From the NCBI GenBank assembly GCA_963755715.1, contig CAVWLW010000050.1, positions 53,189 through 117,188 of the forward strand: 64,000 nucleotides of DNA, written 5' to 3'. Every line of letters begins with the position of its first letter. The first letter of the stretch is position 1. A program made the position numbers and the translations under genes. Under the pieces are notes generated by a model. The model worked only from the letters and a program-made list of their open reading frames with translations. It had not been told where the DNA came from and did no database searches. The stretch comes from an uncultured delta proteobacterium. Lineage in GTDB: Bacteria; Desulfobacterota; Binatia; UBA9968. This document shows, in pieces, positions 24,144 to 32,782 of this stretch.

Positions 24144-25088
24144 CTATCTTGGCCAAGCCAGCTGAACCTCCTCGCTCGAACTGATTCGTGCGAAATGGGT
24201 TGCCATATTTTTGAGGGAGTAACGTTGAAGTTCCAAATCGTAGGCACCGACGCAGTCCTCCAACACTACTGCGTAGTACCCGCGCGCGAAAGCGTCTCGC
24301 ACGCTGCCCTCCACGCAGCCATTGGTGGCGGCGCCAGTGAACAGTAATGTCTTTGCGCCCAGGCTTCGAAGCGTGGCGTCTAACTTAGGGTTAGTGAAGC
24401 CGCTATGGTGCCATTTCGGAATCGACACTTCCCCGGGACGTGGGGCGACAAAATCGCAGATCTCCCACCCCCAGGTTCCCGGGATAGTGTACTTAGCCCC
24501 GCCGAGCCCAACCCGCTGGCGGCGCGACAGGATCGGTCCATTGTCGTGTTCCGTATCGGTCTGAGTCTGGGTATAGACGACGGGCACTCCAATCGATCTC
24601 GCGGCCTCCACCATTCGTTGCGTCGGCTTTTTCATTGCCTCGATTGTAGTCAGGTCCCCCTTCATCCTGGCCCCATTCGGAGCGCAGAAGTCATTCTGCA
24701 CGTCGATGACTAGAAGCGCCGTGTGATTCGGCCGCACCACGTCCACTAGCTCGGTCCAGACTTCCTTAATTTGAGGCTCCCACGGCTCGACTTCTGGATC
24801 GAACTCGTAATCGGCTATAACCCGTTTCTCAAAAATCGGGCGGCCAAGCTCCGTTGACACTTGCTGGTGAAGGGGGTGATCCACGTAGCGTTTCAACGTT
24901 TCCATGTTCTCGACCACAGCGACCATGGCATGAGCGAACTCGCCGTCGGCACGCAGGTTTGGACCCATCGACCAGCTCATCAATTCCGGTATTACGCCTT
25001 TCATGGAGTTGTAGCCTGCGACCATGGCGTCAAACTGTTCCTGAGAGGTGCCGGTCTTGACATTGAAAAGGACCACATGCTTGATCAT
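24144..25088 (-). CDS. Dabb (stress-responsive dimeric a/b-barrel) domain fused to isochorismatase-family cysteine hydrolase
   Basis: AGGAGGAA RBS. N-terminal ~100 aa: MIKHVVLFNVK..LKRYVDHPLHQQV (Dabb-like). C-terminal: ALLVIDVQNDFC...LLFTGAATNGCVE (catalytic Asp/Cys signature of isochorismatase-like hydrolases). Confidence 0.75.
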   Translation of the reverse strand: MIKHVVLFNVKTGTSQEQFDAMVAGYNSMKGVIPELMSWSMGPNLRADGEFAHAMVAVVENMETLKRYVDHPLHQQVSTELGRPIFEKRVIADYEFDPEVEPWEPQIKEVWTELVDVVRPNHTALLVIDVQNDFCAPNGARMKGDLTTIEAMKKPTQRMVEAARSIGVPVVYTQTQTDTEHDNGPILSRRQRVGLGGAKYTIPGTWGWEICDFVAPRPGEVSIPKWHHSGFTNPKLDATLRSLGAKTLLFTGAATNGCVEGSVRDAFARGYYAVVLEDCVGAYDLELQRYSLKNMATHFARISSSEEVQLAWPR

Positions 25089-25280
25089 CGTTTCCTCCTA
25101 TTGATGTTTTACCGTTAAGGTCGAAGCTGGAGCACACGTTACGTGCTCTCGTAATTTTCGGCTTTCGTTAAGCAGCCTATTACTCAGCGATTCGGGCTCA
25201 TCGCAATGATATGACTCGGGAACTCAAGTGTCTAATGTAGTGGGGTAAAAGATTTCGTCACGTTACTTAAATGAATAATG

Positions 25281-25523
25281 TCAGTCGGTAATAATGCTTC
25301 TGCCACCGTCAGAAAACAGTCGCCGAATTCTCGCGTTACCAATAATCGGAGTGCCTCCGTAGCGGTCGATATTCTTGAAATTTTCCGTTCCTCGGTCATA
25401 GTGTGGAGCAAAGCCCCATGCCCCGTCTATTTGACCTTCATTCAACATCACGTCGAGTGTTTGGCTCTCGTCCAGCCAGTGCAGGGAAATACCCGGAGGA
25501 GGATCTTTATCCAAACCCAGCAA
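25281..25523 (-). pseudogene. remnant of an NMT1/SsuA-type ABC substrate-binding protein (C-terminal fragment)
   Basis: 80-aa fragment. ..DVMLNEGQIDGAWGFAPHY.. resembles the ..NGQVDAA..WEP.. region of SsuA/TauA-like binding proteins. No N-terminal part found upstream. Confidence 0.3.
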
Positions 25524-25700
25524 AACACCATGGCTAACTTCTTTGCAATTGAATCGCTTTGGTCACGGAGTTGTTCATTTCAATAATCGAAACAGTATTT
25601 CGATAATTAAAAATGGCGATATAACAGCGGAGGTAGGCTGTCAAGGTTTTTTGTTGACAAATCTCGTGGTCGGGAGTTATGGCAGCTGAGGAAATAAAAC

Positions 25701-26207
25701 ATGAAGCAAGTCTATGCCGAGATCGTTCACGACGCCCTCAAAGAATCGGGCATCAACTTCGTCGCCTACCTGCCGGATGACCAGATTCACGACGCGCAAA
25801 AATTGCTTACCGAGGATCCGAGCTTCATCACCGTCGGCGCGACCAACGAGGCGGAAGCCGTTTCGGCATGCGCCGGCGCCTGGCTCGGGGGCGCCAAGCC
25901 GGCCTTGCTGATTGCCGATTCGGGATTTCTCGTGGCGACTTGGCCGTTAGCTTCGTTGGGAGTTTCTTACGGCATCCCTATGTTGATTCTGATTGCCCAT
26001 CGCGGCGAAGTTGGTGATCGGGCCAATTGGCGCTTTATCACGTACAAGTTCACCACCGAACCGATCCTTCAGGCGCTGCAGATTCCCTACGTGCGCGCCA
26101 GCCGTCCCGAAGAAACTAAAGAAGTCATCATGGGTGCAAAGCTCTCGACTTTTCTCTGGCAGCATCCGGTGGCGGTTTTGCTTTCAGGCGAAGTGCTGCG
26201 CGACTGA
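25701..26207 (+). CDS. TPP-dependent decarboxylase alpha subunit (sulfopyruvate/phosphonopyruvate decarboxylase ComD-like)
   Basis: 168 aa. GAGGAA RBS. Pyrimidine-binding domain pattern typical of split ComD/Ppd alpha subunits: ..VAYLPDDQI..ITVGATNEAEAVSACAGAWLGGAKPALLIADSGF.. Confidence 0.65.
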   Translation: MKQVYAEIVHDALKESGINFVAYLPDDQIHDAQKLLTEDPSFITVGATNEAEAVSACAGAWLGGAKPALLIADSGFLVATWPLASLGVSYGIPMLILIAHRGEVGDRANWRFITYKFTTEPILQALQIPYVRASRPEETKEVIMGAKLSTFLWQHPVAVLLSGEVLRD

Positions 26208-26216
26208 GGAGAAACG

Positions 26217-26811
26217 ATGAAACGACTAGAGTGCCTAAGCCTGTTGGGGCCGCTTATCAAAGACGATGATCTAGTCGTCACGACTCTGGGGTGGGTGGCG
26301 GGAGAATGGTTCGCTGTGCGCCACAAAGAGTCGAACCTTTACCAGGTCAATATGGGCATGTGCACCCCCCTTTGCTTGGGTCTCGCGTTGGTGTTGCCAC
26401 ATCGTCGTGTCGTCGCGATCGAATCCGACGGCAGCGTGCTTCTGAATTTAGGCGCCATGACCACTCTGGCAAACAAACGGCCGCCCAATCTCACGGTGAT
26501 CGTCTTTGACAATCAGTGCTACATGGCGACTGGGTGGACTGCCCACGGCAACCGCTGGCGTCACCGATTTGGCCGCCATGGCCAACGGAGCCGGCATCGA
26601 GAACTCTTATTCGGTCAGCTCGCTCAATGAGTTTGAGCGGGAAGCCCGCGCCGCAGTGCAGCGGAAAGGGCTATCCTATATCGTCGCCAAAGTGGAAGCG
26701 GCGGGACAAAGAATGAGCACCGACATGGACGGCAAAGAAGGCAAGTACCGCTTCGTGCGTTACATTGAAAGAACGGAAGGGATTAAAATCATCGGCACCG
26801 CGGCAAAATAG
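26217..26811 (+). pseudogene. TPP-dependent decarboxylase beta subunit (ComE-like), +1 frameshift near 26525
   Basis: GAGGAG RBS. TPP-binding motif IESDGSVLLNLGAMTT..VIVFDNQCY in frame 0. The continuation ..TGGLPTATAGVTDLAAMANGAGIENSYSVSSLNEFE.. is only readable in frame +1 (ORF 26506..26811). Confidence 0.6.
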
Positions 26812-27136
26812 CCATGCTCACGGTCCGCCGAGCGATCATCGCTTGCTCATAACGGCCCACTATGGAGCGAACGAGCCGTCAAGCAAGGTACGGTAATCCG
26901 CGAGCTTCGCAGCATAAGTTTTTCGTACGGCAATCAGAACAAAGCAACAGTCCTTGGAGGAGCGCGCGGTAAAGTTTACCGCTCCACGATGCGCTGTAAT
27001 ATTTCGCCAGTTAAATTGCGGCTCAGCCGTTTTCTAGCTTGCTTGCAAGTGCCAATCCTACCGCGCTCAACGATATAGGCGATCTGAACAAATTAGCTAA
27101 ATTGGCTATAATATCCTGCAGGAGGGAGGCCATCCG

Positions 27137-27487
27137 ATGTCCATGCTTACTTTCAGGAATCGCCAGGGCGCTCTAGTCGACATTCCGACCGTCAAGGCAA
27201 CCCAGGTCAAAAACGAGTTCGGCTCGATCCTGGAAAAGGCCACGCGCAGCGGCGCGGTAGCGATTACTCGACACGCCGCGCCAAAGGCCGTGCTGCTTTC
27301 TTACGAAGAATTCGAGTCGCTGGTGCAAGTACAATCGCGCACTCTCGAAAACCTCGGCGCCGAATTCGACGATCTGTTGGATCGTATGCAGACCGCTAAG
27401 GCCAAAAAGGGGATGGAATCCGCGTTCCACGCCTCCCCTGCCAAGCTCGGACGCGCGGCCATCAGGGCCGCCCGTAAAAACCGATAA
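27137..27487 (+). CDS. Phd/YefM-family antitoxin
   Basis: GGAGGGAGG RBS. The N-terminus (..VKATQVKNEFGSILEKATRSGAVAITRHAAPKAVLLSYEEFESL) matches the YefM/Phd fold pattern. It sits 24 nt upstream of a zeta-toxin gene. Confidence 0.7.
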   Translation: MSMLTFRNRQGALVDIPTVKATQVKNEFGSILEKATRSGAVAITRHAAPKAVLLSYEEFESLVQVQSRTLENLGAEFDDLLDRMQTAKAKKGMESAFHASPAKLGRAAIRAARKNR

Positions 27488-27511
27488 GTCTACCGCCGAG
27501 TTATCCTTGGA

Positions 27512-28156
27512 ATGAGCCCGCCTCACTCGCCGCGCATCTATGTTCTCGCCGGCGTCAACGGCGCGGGCAAGAGCAGCATTGGCGGGGCGGCGTTTCGCGC
27601 TGCCGGCGCCGACTACTACAACCCCGACGAAGCCGCGCGCACATGGATGGCCGCTAATCCGGCGCTAACTCAAGCGGACGCCAATAGCGCCGCATGGCGC
27701 AAGGGCGTGGAACTGTTGACGCGGGCTATTGGGGAGCGCAAAAACTTCGCTTTCGAAACCACGCTTGGCGCCAACACGATCCCGCGTCTGCTCATGGAGG
27801 CCGCCTTACAAGGTATCGAACTTTACGTGTGGTACGTGGGCCTTTTCAGCCCCGAGCTTCATATCGAGCGCGTACGAGCGCGAGTCCGACGGGGCGGCCA
27901 CGACATCGCCGCCGAGCATATCCGCCGGCGCTATGAACATAGCCGCCTAAACCTCGTCGATCTCTTGCCACGGATCACAGCCTTGCGCGTTTACGACAAC
28001 AGCGCAGACGCAGATCCCGCCGCCGGCAAGATCCCCAAACCCAAGCTGGTGTTGCACATGGAAAATGGAAAGATTCTCAATCGCCGCAATCTCAGGAGCA
28101 CGCCAAACTGGGCGAAACCCATCGTCGCCGCCGCGCTAAAGCTCACGGCGAGCTGA
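27512..28156 (+). CDS. zeta-toxin family P-loop kinase (toxin of a type II TA pair)
   Basis: Walker A YVLAGVNGAGKSS, a DEAAR segment that may contain the catalytic Asp, and the ..GGHDI..YDNS.. C-terminal region characteristic of zeta/PezT toxins. Confidence 0.75.
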   Translation: MSPPHSPRIYVLAGVNGAGKSSIGGAAFRAAGADYYNPDEAARTWMAANPALTQADANSAAWRKGVELLTRAIGERKNFAFETTLGANTIPRLLMEAALQGIELYVWYVGLFSPELHIERVRARVRRGGHDIAAEHIRRRYEHSRLNLVDLLPRITALRVYDNSADADPAAGKIPKPKLVLHMENGKILNRRNLRSTPNWAKPIVAAALKLTAS

Positions 28157-28308
28157 GAAAACTAACGCGCCTATTGAAGATGACTGAGGAAAAACGACCG
28201 GCCGCCATGGGGTGATCAACAATGTCATTGATGCGGTGGCAGCGCTAACGCGCTCAACCCCCAAACTTGTGCGCAAGTTCAACAAGATGAAAGGGAGAAA
28301 AAAATTAA

Positions 28309-28339
28309 GGGGTCAGCCTGTCCCCTTTTCTCGTCTCCC
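28309..28339. repeat. REP-like element ggggtcagcctgtcccc-ttttctcgtctccc (imperfect palindrome + conserved tail), copy 1 of 3
   Basis: The core cctg(a/t)cccc + ttttctcgt(c/t)cc recurs at 39485-39507 and 54730-54752. This copy overlaps the stop codon of the receiver gene. ggggtcag / ctgtcccc can pair as a hairpin. Confidence 0.5.
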
Positions 28340-28692
28340 TACGAAAGCGCTCTCTGAAGATTCGACCGCAACTCATCAAGCGAAAGCGGTTTGCTCAGGC
28401 AGGGAATACCGTATCCCCAAATTGGCCTAAGATCCTCGGAAGGATAAGCCGTCATCGTGATGATAGGAATGGTGGGCAACCTGGAAAGTATATGTAACGT
28501 AAGAGTCACACCGTCGAGCCGGGGCATGCGAATGTCGGTAAGCACAAGGTCAAATTGTTGATTGTCTAACAGCTCGATGGCCTCTGCCCCGTCGCTTGCC
28601 TCGCTGACCCGATAACCCTCTTTGCGCAAAAAATGACTGAGAAGCTCTAGGCTGGCGGGCTCATCCTCGACGACTAAAATATTCTTTAACAT
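28339..28692 (-). CDS. single-domain response regulator (CheY-like receiver)
   Basis: GGAGG RBS before the ATG at 28692. MLKNILVVEDEP...DLVLTDIRMP..D.. gives the phospho-acceptor Asp pattern, and ..TAYPSEDL.. gives the conserved Thr/Lys region. There is no output domain. Confidence 0.8.
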   Translation of the reverse strand: MLKNILVVEDEPASLELLSHFLRKEGYRVSEASDGAEAIELLDNQQFDLVLTDIRMPRLDGVTLTLHILSRLPTIPIITMTAYPSEDLRPIWGYGIPCLSKPLSLDELRSNLQRALS

Positions 28693-28771
28693 TTTGCATC
28701 CTCCATCGGCGCACAGTCCGTAAATAGTGCCAACGCCCATACACAAGAGGGACGTCTGCCATTGAGAAGAA

Positions 28772-29617
28772 CTATGCCGCGCCCACCTTTGGACGCCACT
28801 TATCAAATCGATGCTCGTAGCGGTCTATAACACTGGTCAGGGTCATTCCCGAGATGGCGAAGATAAGAACTCCGACGAAAACCTTGTCGGTCTGGAAGGT
28901 GGCTCCGGCGACCGTGATCATGAAGCCGATCCCCGCTGTCGCCGCGTAGAGCTCGCCGACCATGACGCCGATAAGAGCGCGACCCACCGCCAAGCGCAAA
29001 CCGGTCAAAATGAATGGCACGGTAGATGGAAGCACGACAGACCTAAAGATCTGCCAATCCGAAGCCCCAAAGCTTCTTGCAGCGGTAAGGAGATTGTGCG
29101 GTGTCGTCTTCACTCCGTCACGAGTGTTGATCAACAAGGGAAAAAGGGCGCCAAGGAAAATGATACCGACCTTGGAGATAATGCCGATCCCCAGCCAAAT
29201 AATGACGAGCGGCAAGAGAGCAATCCGTGGGGTCGCGTTCATGGCGTTAACAAATGGGTCGCAAACGTAGGCGAATCGCTTGTACCAACCGATTGCGATC
29301 CCAACAGGGACGGCGACAACAACGGAAAGCAGGTATCCCCAGAAAAATTCGATGCCACTGACGTACAAGTCGTTATAGATCTCCCCCGAAGCAAACATCT
29401 GATAAGCGGCCTTGAACACGAAAGACGGCGCGCTCATGAACATGGGGTTGATGAGTTGCAGCGTGTTGCCGCACAGCTCCCAAGTGGTCAGAAACAGGAT
29501 TACGGCAGCTGTACCCAGGATCTTCTTTTCCTGGATAAGATAAAACTTATATAGCCTTGAGGCCTCAGCCACTCTAATGTCTAATAATAACTCTTCTTGA
29601 GCCATTTGGTTGGCCAT
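28772..29617 (-). CDS. ABC transporter permease, NitT/TauT family (SsuC/TauC-like)
   Basis: GGAGGG RBS. Starts at the internal ATG 29617 (MANQMAQEE). Six predicted TM segments. The EAA-like loop (..LTAARSFGASDWQIFRSVVLPSTVPFILTGLRLAVG..) is typical of TauC/SsuC permeases. Confidence 0.8.
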   Translation of the reverse strand: MANQMAQEELLLDIRVAEASRLYKFYLIQEKKILGTAAVILFLTTWELCGNTLQLINPMFMSAPSFVFKAAYQMFASGEIYNDLYVSGIEFFWGYLLSVVVAVPVGIAIGWYKRFAYVCDPFVNAMNATPRIALLPLVIIWLGIGIISKVGIIFLGALFPLLINTRDGVKTTPHNLLTAARSFGASDWQIFRSVVLPSTVPFILTGLRLAVGRALIGVMVGELYAATAGIGFMITVAGATFQTDKVFVGVLIFAISGMTLTSVIDRYEHRFDKWRPKVGAA

Positions 29618-30076
29618 AGATCTACCCTCCTGGTTTTCGGGTCGGCAAAATTGCTTGTCGCCCAGCCTCGCGAACACATAGCTCGAATTTCAAAAATAAC
29701 CTCGCAATTTGGCGCACCACCGATTAAACCATCCACCCTGCCGTATGCGCAGCCTCTCTCATGAGGACTCGGTAAAACGCCCGCAAGCGTTATTTCATGC
29801 GAGCCTAACCTGCGTGGTAGGAGATTGCTGTCCAATATTGGACAGGCTTGAGAATAATTATTCGTGTAGGTTTGACCGACCGCCGGGACGAGAATATCGC
29901 TGCAACGCTTGTGATACGATGATACGAGTTAGCACCGCTCTTCTCGAATCCTGTGCAGGAGAGAGTGAAGCAGAAATCAGAAGCTTAACGTTAGGAGGGA
30001 GAAATTATGGGGTCCGACTTCTACGACTCAACTATCTCGTTCAGCCGCTCGATCTCCCGTCTGGCCGTATCATTTG

Positions 30077-30205
30077 CTTGCACCCGATCGCTCAGCCGTG
30101 CGCAGCAAGGTCGCGAGTGTCGCCATGTCTCTGCCAAAATAGGCCGCCACATCGCTTAACCGGTAGCCAAGTCTCCGAACCAATACGTACGCCGCTATCG
30201 TGCGC
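30077..30205 (-). pseudogene. RAYT-family transposase C-terminal (HTH-like) remnant
   Basis: The minus-strand frame gives IAAYVLVRRLGYRLSDVAAYFGRDMATLATLLRTAERSGASK*. This is closely similar to the fragment at 49803-50078 (ALVGYVLIRRLGYKLKDVAKCLGRDVATVSSLVSRF) and to the C-terminus of the intact RAYT (..HGYRLNEIASHLDVHYATVSRRLKRIE). Confidence 0.4.
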
Positions 30206-30329
30206 GCCTAAACGCGAGACCGAGTTTCCGCGACGGAGCGAATCGCAACATTAGTGGGCGATTGAAACGGTTGTCCGGCGGGATTGAGATCGCTTTCAAT
30301 CCGCGCGGCATTCTTGCTTCCATTTTAAA

Positions 30330-30497
30330 TTATTTTTTCGCGGCTTGCTGTTTCTCTAGCAGTTGTAAAACATTTTTCTTGGCTTCGTCGGGTTTTTTAC
30401 CCGATGCGCTTGCCGCTTCTTCGAATGTCTTGTTGGTGATGTTTTTGGAATTGCCCATGTCATCATCCGGCTTTTGGCATCCACAGTTATAACACAT
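30330..30497 (-). CDS. small Cys-containing hypothetical protein (55 aa)
   Basis: AAGGAGGAAG lies 9 nt upstream of the ATG. Product: MCYNCGCQKPDDDMGNSKNITNKTFEEAASASGKKPDEAKKNVLQLLEKQQAAKK. N-terminal CxxCxC cluster with a Lys-rich tail. No family recognised. Confidence 0.4.
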   Translation of the reverse strand: MCYNCGCQKPDDDMGNSKNITNKTFEEAASASGKKPDEAKKNVLQLLEKQQAAKK

Positions 30498-31306
30498 AGA
30501 TTGCTTCCTCCTTGTCGTGGAAGGGGCAAGCATTGTGCCACCACTAAGGAACCTCTGTGGGAGGACAAAACTGAGGAAAATCATATACTGGCGCGGTGAT
30601 GGAAGATGAATTTGTCGGCTTTCACATAAAGTTTGTAAGTATATTGCCGCCGATTCTGGCGGGACAGCAATGCACCCAACCGCGCGCGACCAGGCGCAGC
30701 TCTGCTGACGGCAATCCGAATCCCAAGAAGCTGCTTGCTCCGACCCAGGAAGATTTCTCAGTTCAGATTTGAAGATGCGGTTTTTTAGTACGCCACCGAC
30801 AAATGAAGTCGGCGTTGTAGCGAACGGGACGAAAGTCGCCCGCCGCTGATAGTCACCGCCACGAGGTGGGGATTCAGAACGAGCGGATGATCGACCCGAC
30901 GATGGTGAGGCTGCCGAACCATTCAACGGTTTAACGAATCGATTCTTACTGTTGCCTGGCGCCTCACGCCCCTTCGAGGATGCAGGTGACGAGGGCGGCA
31001 TTTCAGACTGGGTGAGCCTGAATAAACAGGTCACTGACACAAAAAGCCACACCCTCGTCACCAACTCTTATATTCGTTTCTCTCCGCTCCCGCTAGCTGC
31101 TAAATTCCAATGGTAGACCCCATAGCTTTCCCCCAATCGTTTTTTAATCAACGCGGAGCCGCTAGTTCGTTCGGGTTGGCGTCGAACGCCTTTTACGAAC
31201 CGCACAGACCTTACAATCTGCACAATCTGTGTGCGTCTGCTTGACAGCTTTCGCTGTGATCGATTATTCCCGAAGCTCAGGAGATTGTACTGGAGGGAGG
31301 GCAGGC

Positions 31307-32290
31307 ATGCTGGCTCGAATTGAGTATTTTTTCTTTGTGCTGTTCGTTCTTCTCGCCTTCACGGCCGACGCGCGGAGCCAAAGCATCGTCGCTTCGGACA
31401 GGGTCGTCGTCAGTTATCCGAGCAAGTCCATCACCAGTTTTCCGATCCTCGAAACGGCGCAGCGCCGCGGTTTCTTTCGCAGAGAGAATCTTGACGTGAG
31501 CGCTGTCTATATGCGCGGCGGCATCGATATCAAAGCCGTCCTTACCGGCGACGCCGATTTCGGCACCGGGTCGACCACTGCCGTCACCGCATTCGTCGCC
31601 GGCGCGCCGCTGCGTGTCGTTATGAGCCTCAACTCCTACGTCGATCAGGCGCTCTATGCTCAACCGAAGTACCGCACTCTGGCCGAGCTCAAAGGCCAAT
31701 CCATCGGCTCGCTCAATCCCGGCGGGCTGGTCGATACGTTGCTGCGAAAAGTCATCGTTCAAAACGGGCTATCGCCCGAACGCGATTTTATTCTGCTCAA
31801 TATGGGCGGCACGCCGGAACGATACGCCGCGTTGAAGGCGGGCACCCTGGCCGCCTCGATGCTGAGCGCGCCGCACAGTTTGCACGCGGAGAAAGAAGGA
31901 TTCACCAAGATCGCCGCGACCCGCGACTATGTGGACGTCCCTGGCACCGCGCTGGTCGCGCATGTTGACAAAATCAAAAAACAACCGGAGATGATCAAGC
32001 GATTTTTGCGCGCCACGTTGCGCTCGATGAGTTACATCCGCGAAAATCGCGCCGATACGATGCAGATGATTGCCCGCGAATTCGCCATGGCCCCTGACAT
32101 CGCCGCCCTGGCTTACGATAAGCTCGTCGAGTTACTGAGCGTGAACGGCAAGATTCGCGTCGACGGATATCAACTGCTGCTCGACTTCGCCCGCGCGGCG
32201 CAAAAAATCGAGCGGCCGATCAACGCCGCCCAGCTCGTCGACGACAGGCTGCTCGATGAAGTGGTCCGTGAAACCGGCATCAAGCGTTAG
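31307..32290 (+). CDS. ABC transporter substrate-binding protein, NMT1/THI5-SsuA-like (nitrate/sulfonate/bicarbonate type)
   Basis: GGAGGGAGGG RBS. Signal peptide MLARIEYFFFVLFVLLAFTADARSQ. The mature part resembles SsuA/TauA-type binding proteins (..GSLNPGGLVDTLL.., ..LKAGTLAASMLSAPH..). Confidence 0.7.
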   Translation: MLARIEYFFFVLFVLLAFTADARSQSIVASDRVVVSYPSKSITSFPILETAQRRGFFRRENLDVSAVYMRGGIDIKAVLTGDADFGTGSTTAVTAFVAGAPLRVVMSLNSYVDQALYAQPKYRTLAELKGQSIGSLNPGGLVDTLLRKVIVQNGLSPERDFILLNMGGTPERYAALKAGTLAASMLSAPHSLHAEKEGFTKIAATRDYVDVPGTALVAHVDKIKKQPEMIKRFLRATLRSMSYIRENRADTMQMIAREFAMAPDIAALAYDKLVELLSVNGKIRVDGYQLLLDFARAAQKIERPINAAQLVDDRLLDEVVRETGIKR

Positions 32291-32350
32291 GCAGGTCCAT
32301 ACTCTCTCTAACCGCCGCCTATGGCGGCGAAGATCGCGTACATCATTCTT

Positions 32351-32647
32351 TCACAGTATGTAATCGAGCACGCACAGACCAAAGCGTTTCTTCGCCTCGA
32401 AAATCCAATGCCGGGAATAGCGGCGGTCATGCACCAACGTTAAGAATTTCTGAACCTTGAATCTTCGAGAGAAGTCCGAACTGAACGTTTTGAACGCTCC
32501 GGCGTCTTTTACCTTGAACTTATGAACGCCCGCACTCTGGGGCTTGTATCGAAGATGCCTTGGTCCGAACTGGACAAGTTCGCCGAGAACTGCTGAATCG
32601 AAGTGAGAAGCTGCTTTGGTCCGACCGGAGTTCTTGAAGTGACGCAA
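32351..32647 (-). pseudogene. RAYT/IS200-like transposase 5' fragment (copy 2), terminated after ..FEAKKRFGLCVLDYIL*
   Basis: The minus-strand ORF ends HDRRYSRHWIFEAKKRFGLCVLDYIL. It contains the 35-bp sequence gaccaaagcgtttcttcgcctcgaaaatccaatgc at 32377-32411, which is 31/35 identical to 34047-34081 at the other side of the TIR gene. Confidence 0.4.
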
Positions 32648-32782
32648 GCGTTGTCGTTCAGGTCGAACTCACCAGAAGGCTTAAGCCTCGAGAGTTCCTT
32701 GAGCTAGTCGTAGCTTCTGGATCCAGATGCGGGTAACTGTACGTACTAGTCGACTCTTAAGACAGTTGCTATTGCCCCGCAC

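Noticed and set aside
27093-27115. Possible sigma-70 promoter (CTGAAC ..17 nt.. TATAAT) upstream of the Phd/zeta pair
   Set aside because: The -10 hexamer is perfect, but the -35 matches only 3/6. It was kept out of the feature list as too weak to call from sequence alone, and is mentioned only in the TA finding.
29709-30254. 181-codon plus-strand ORF, and a 50-codon ORF at 30007-30159 with a strong AGGAGGGAG RBS
   Set aside because: Both are antisense to the RAYT C-terminal remnant at 30077-30205. Their composition is Cys/Arg-rich with no motifs. The apparent RBS is most likely fortuitous.
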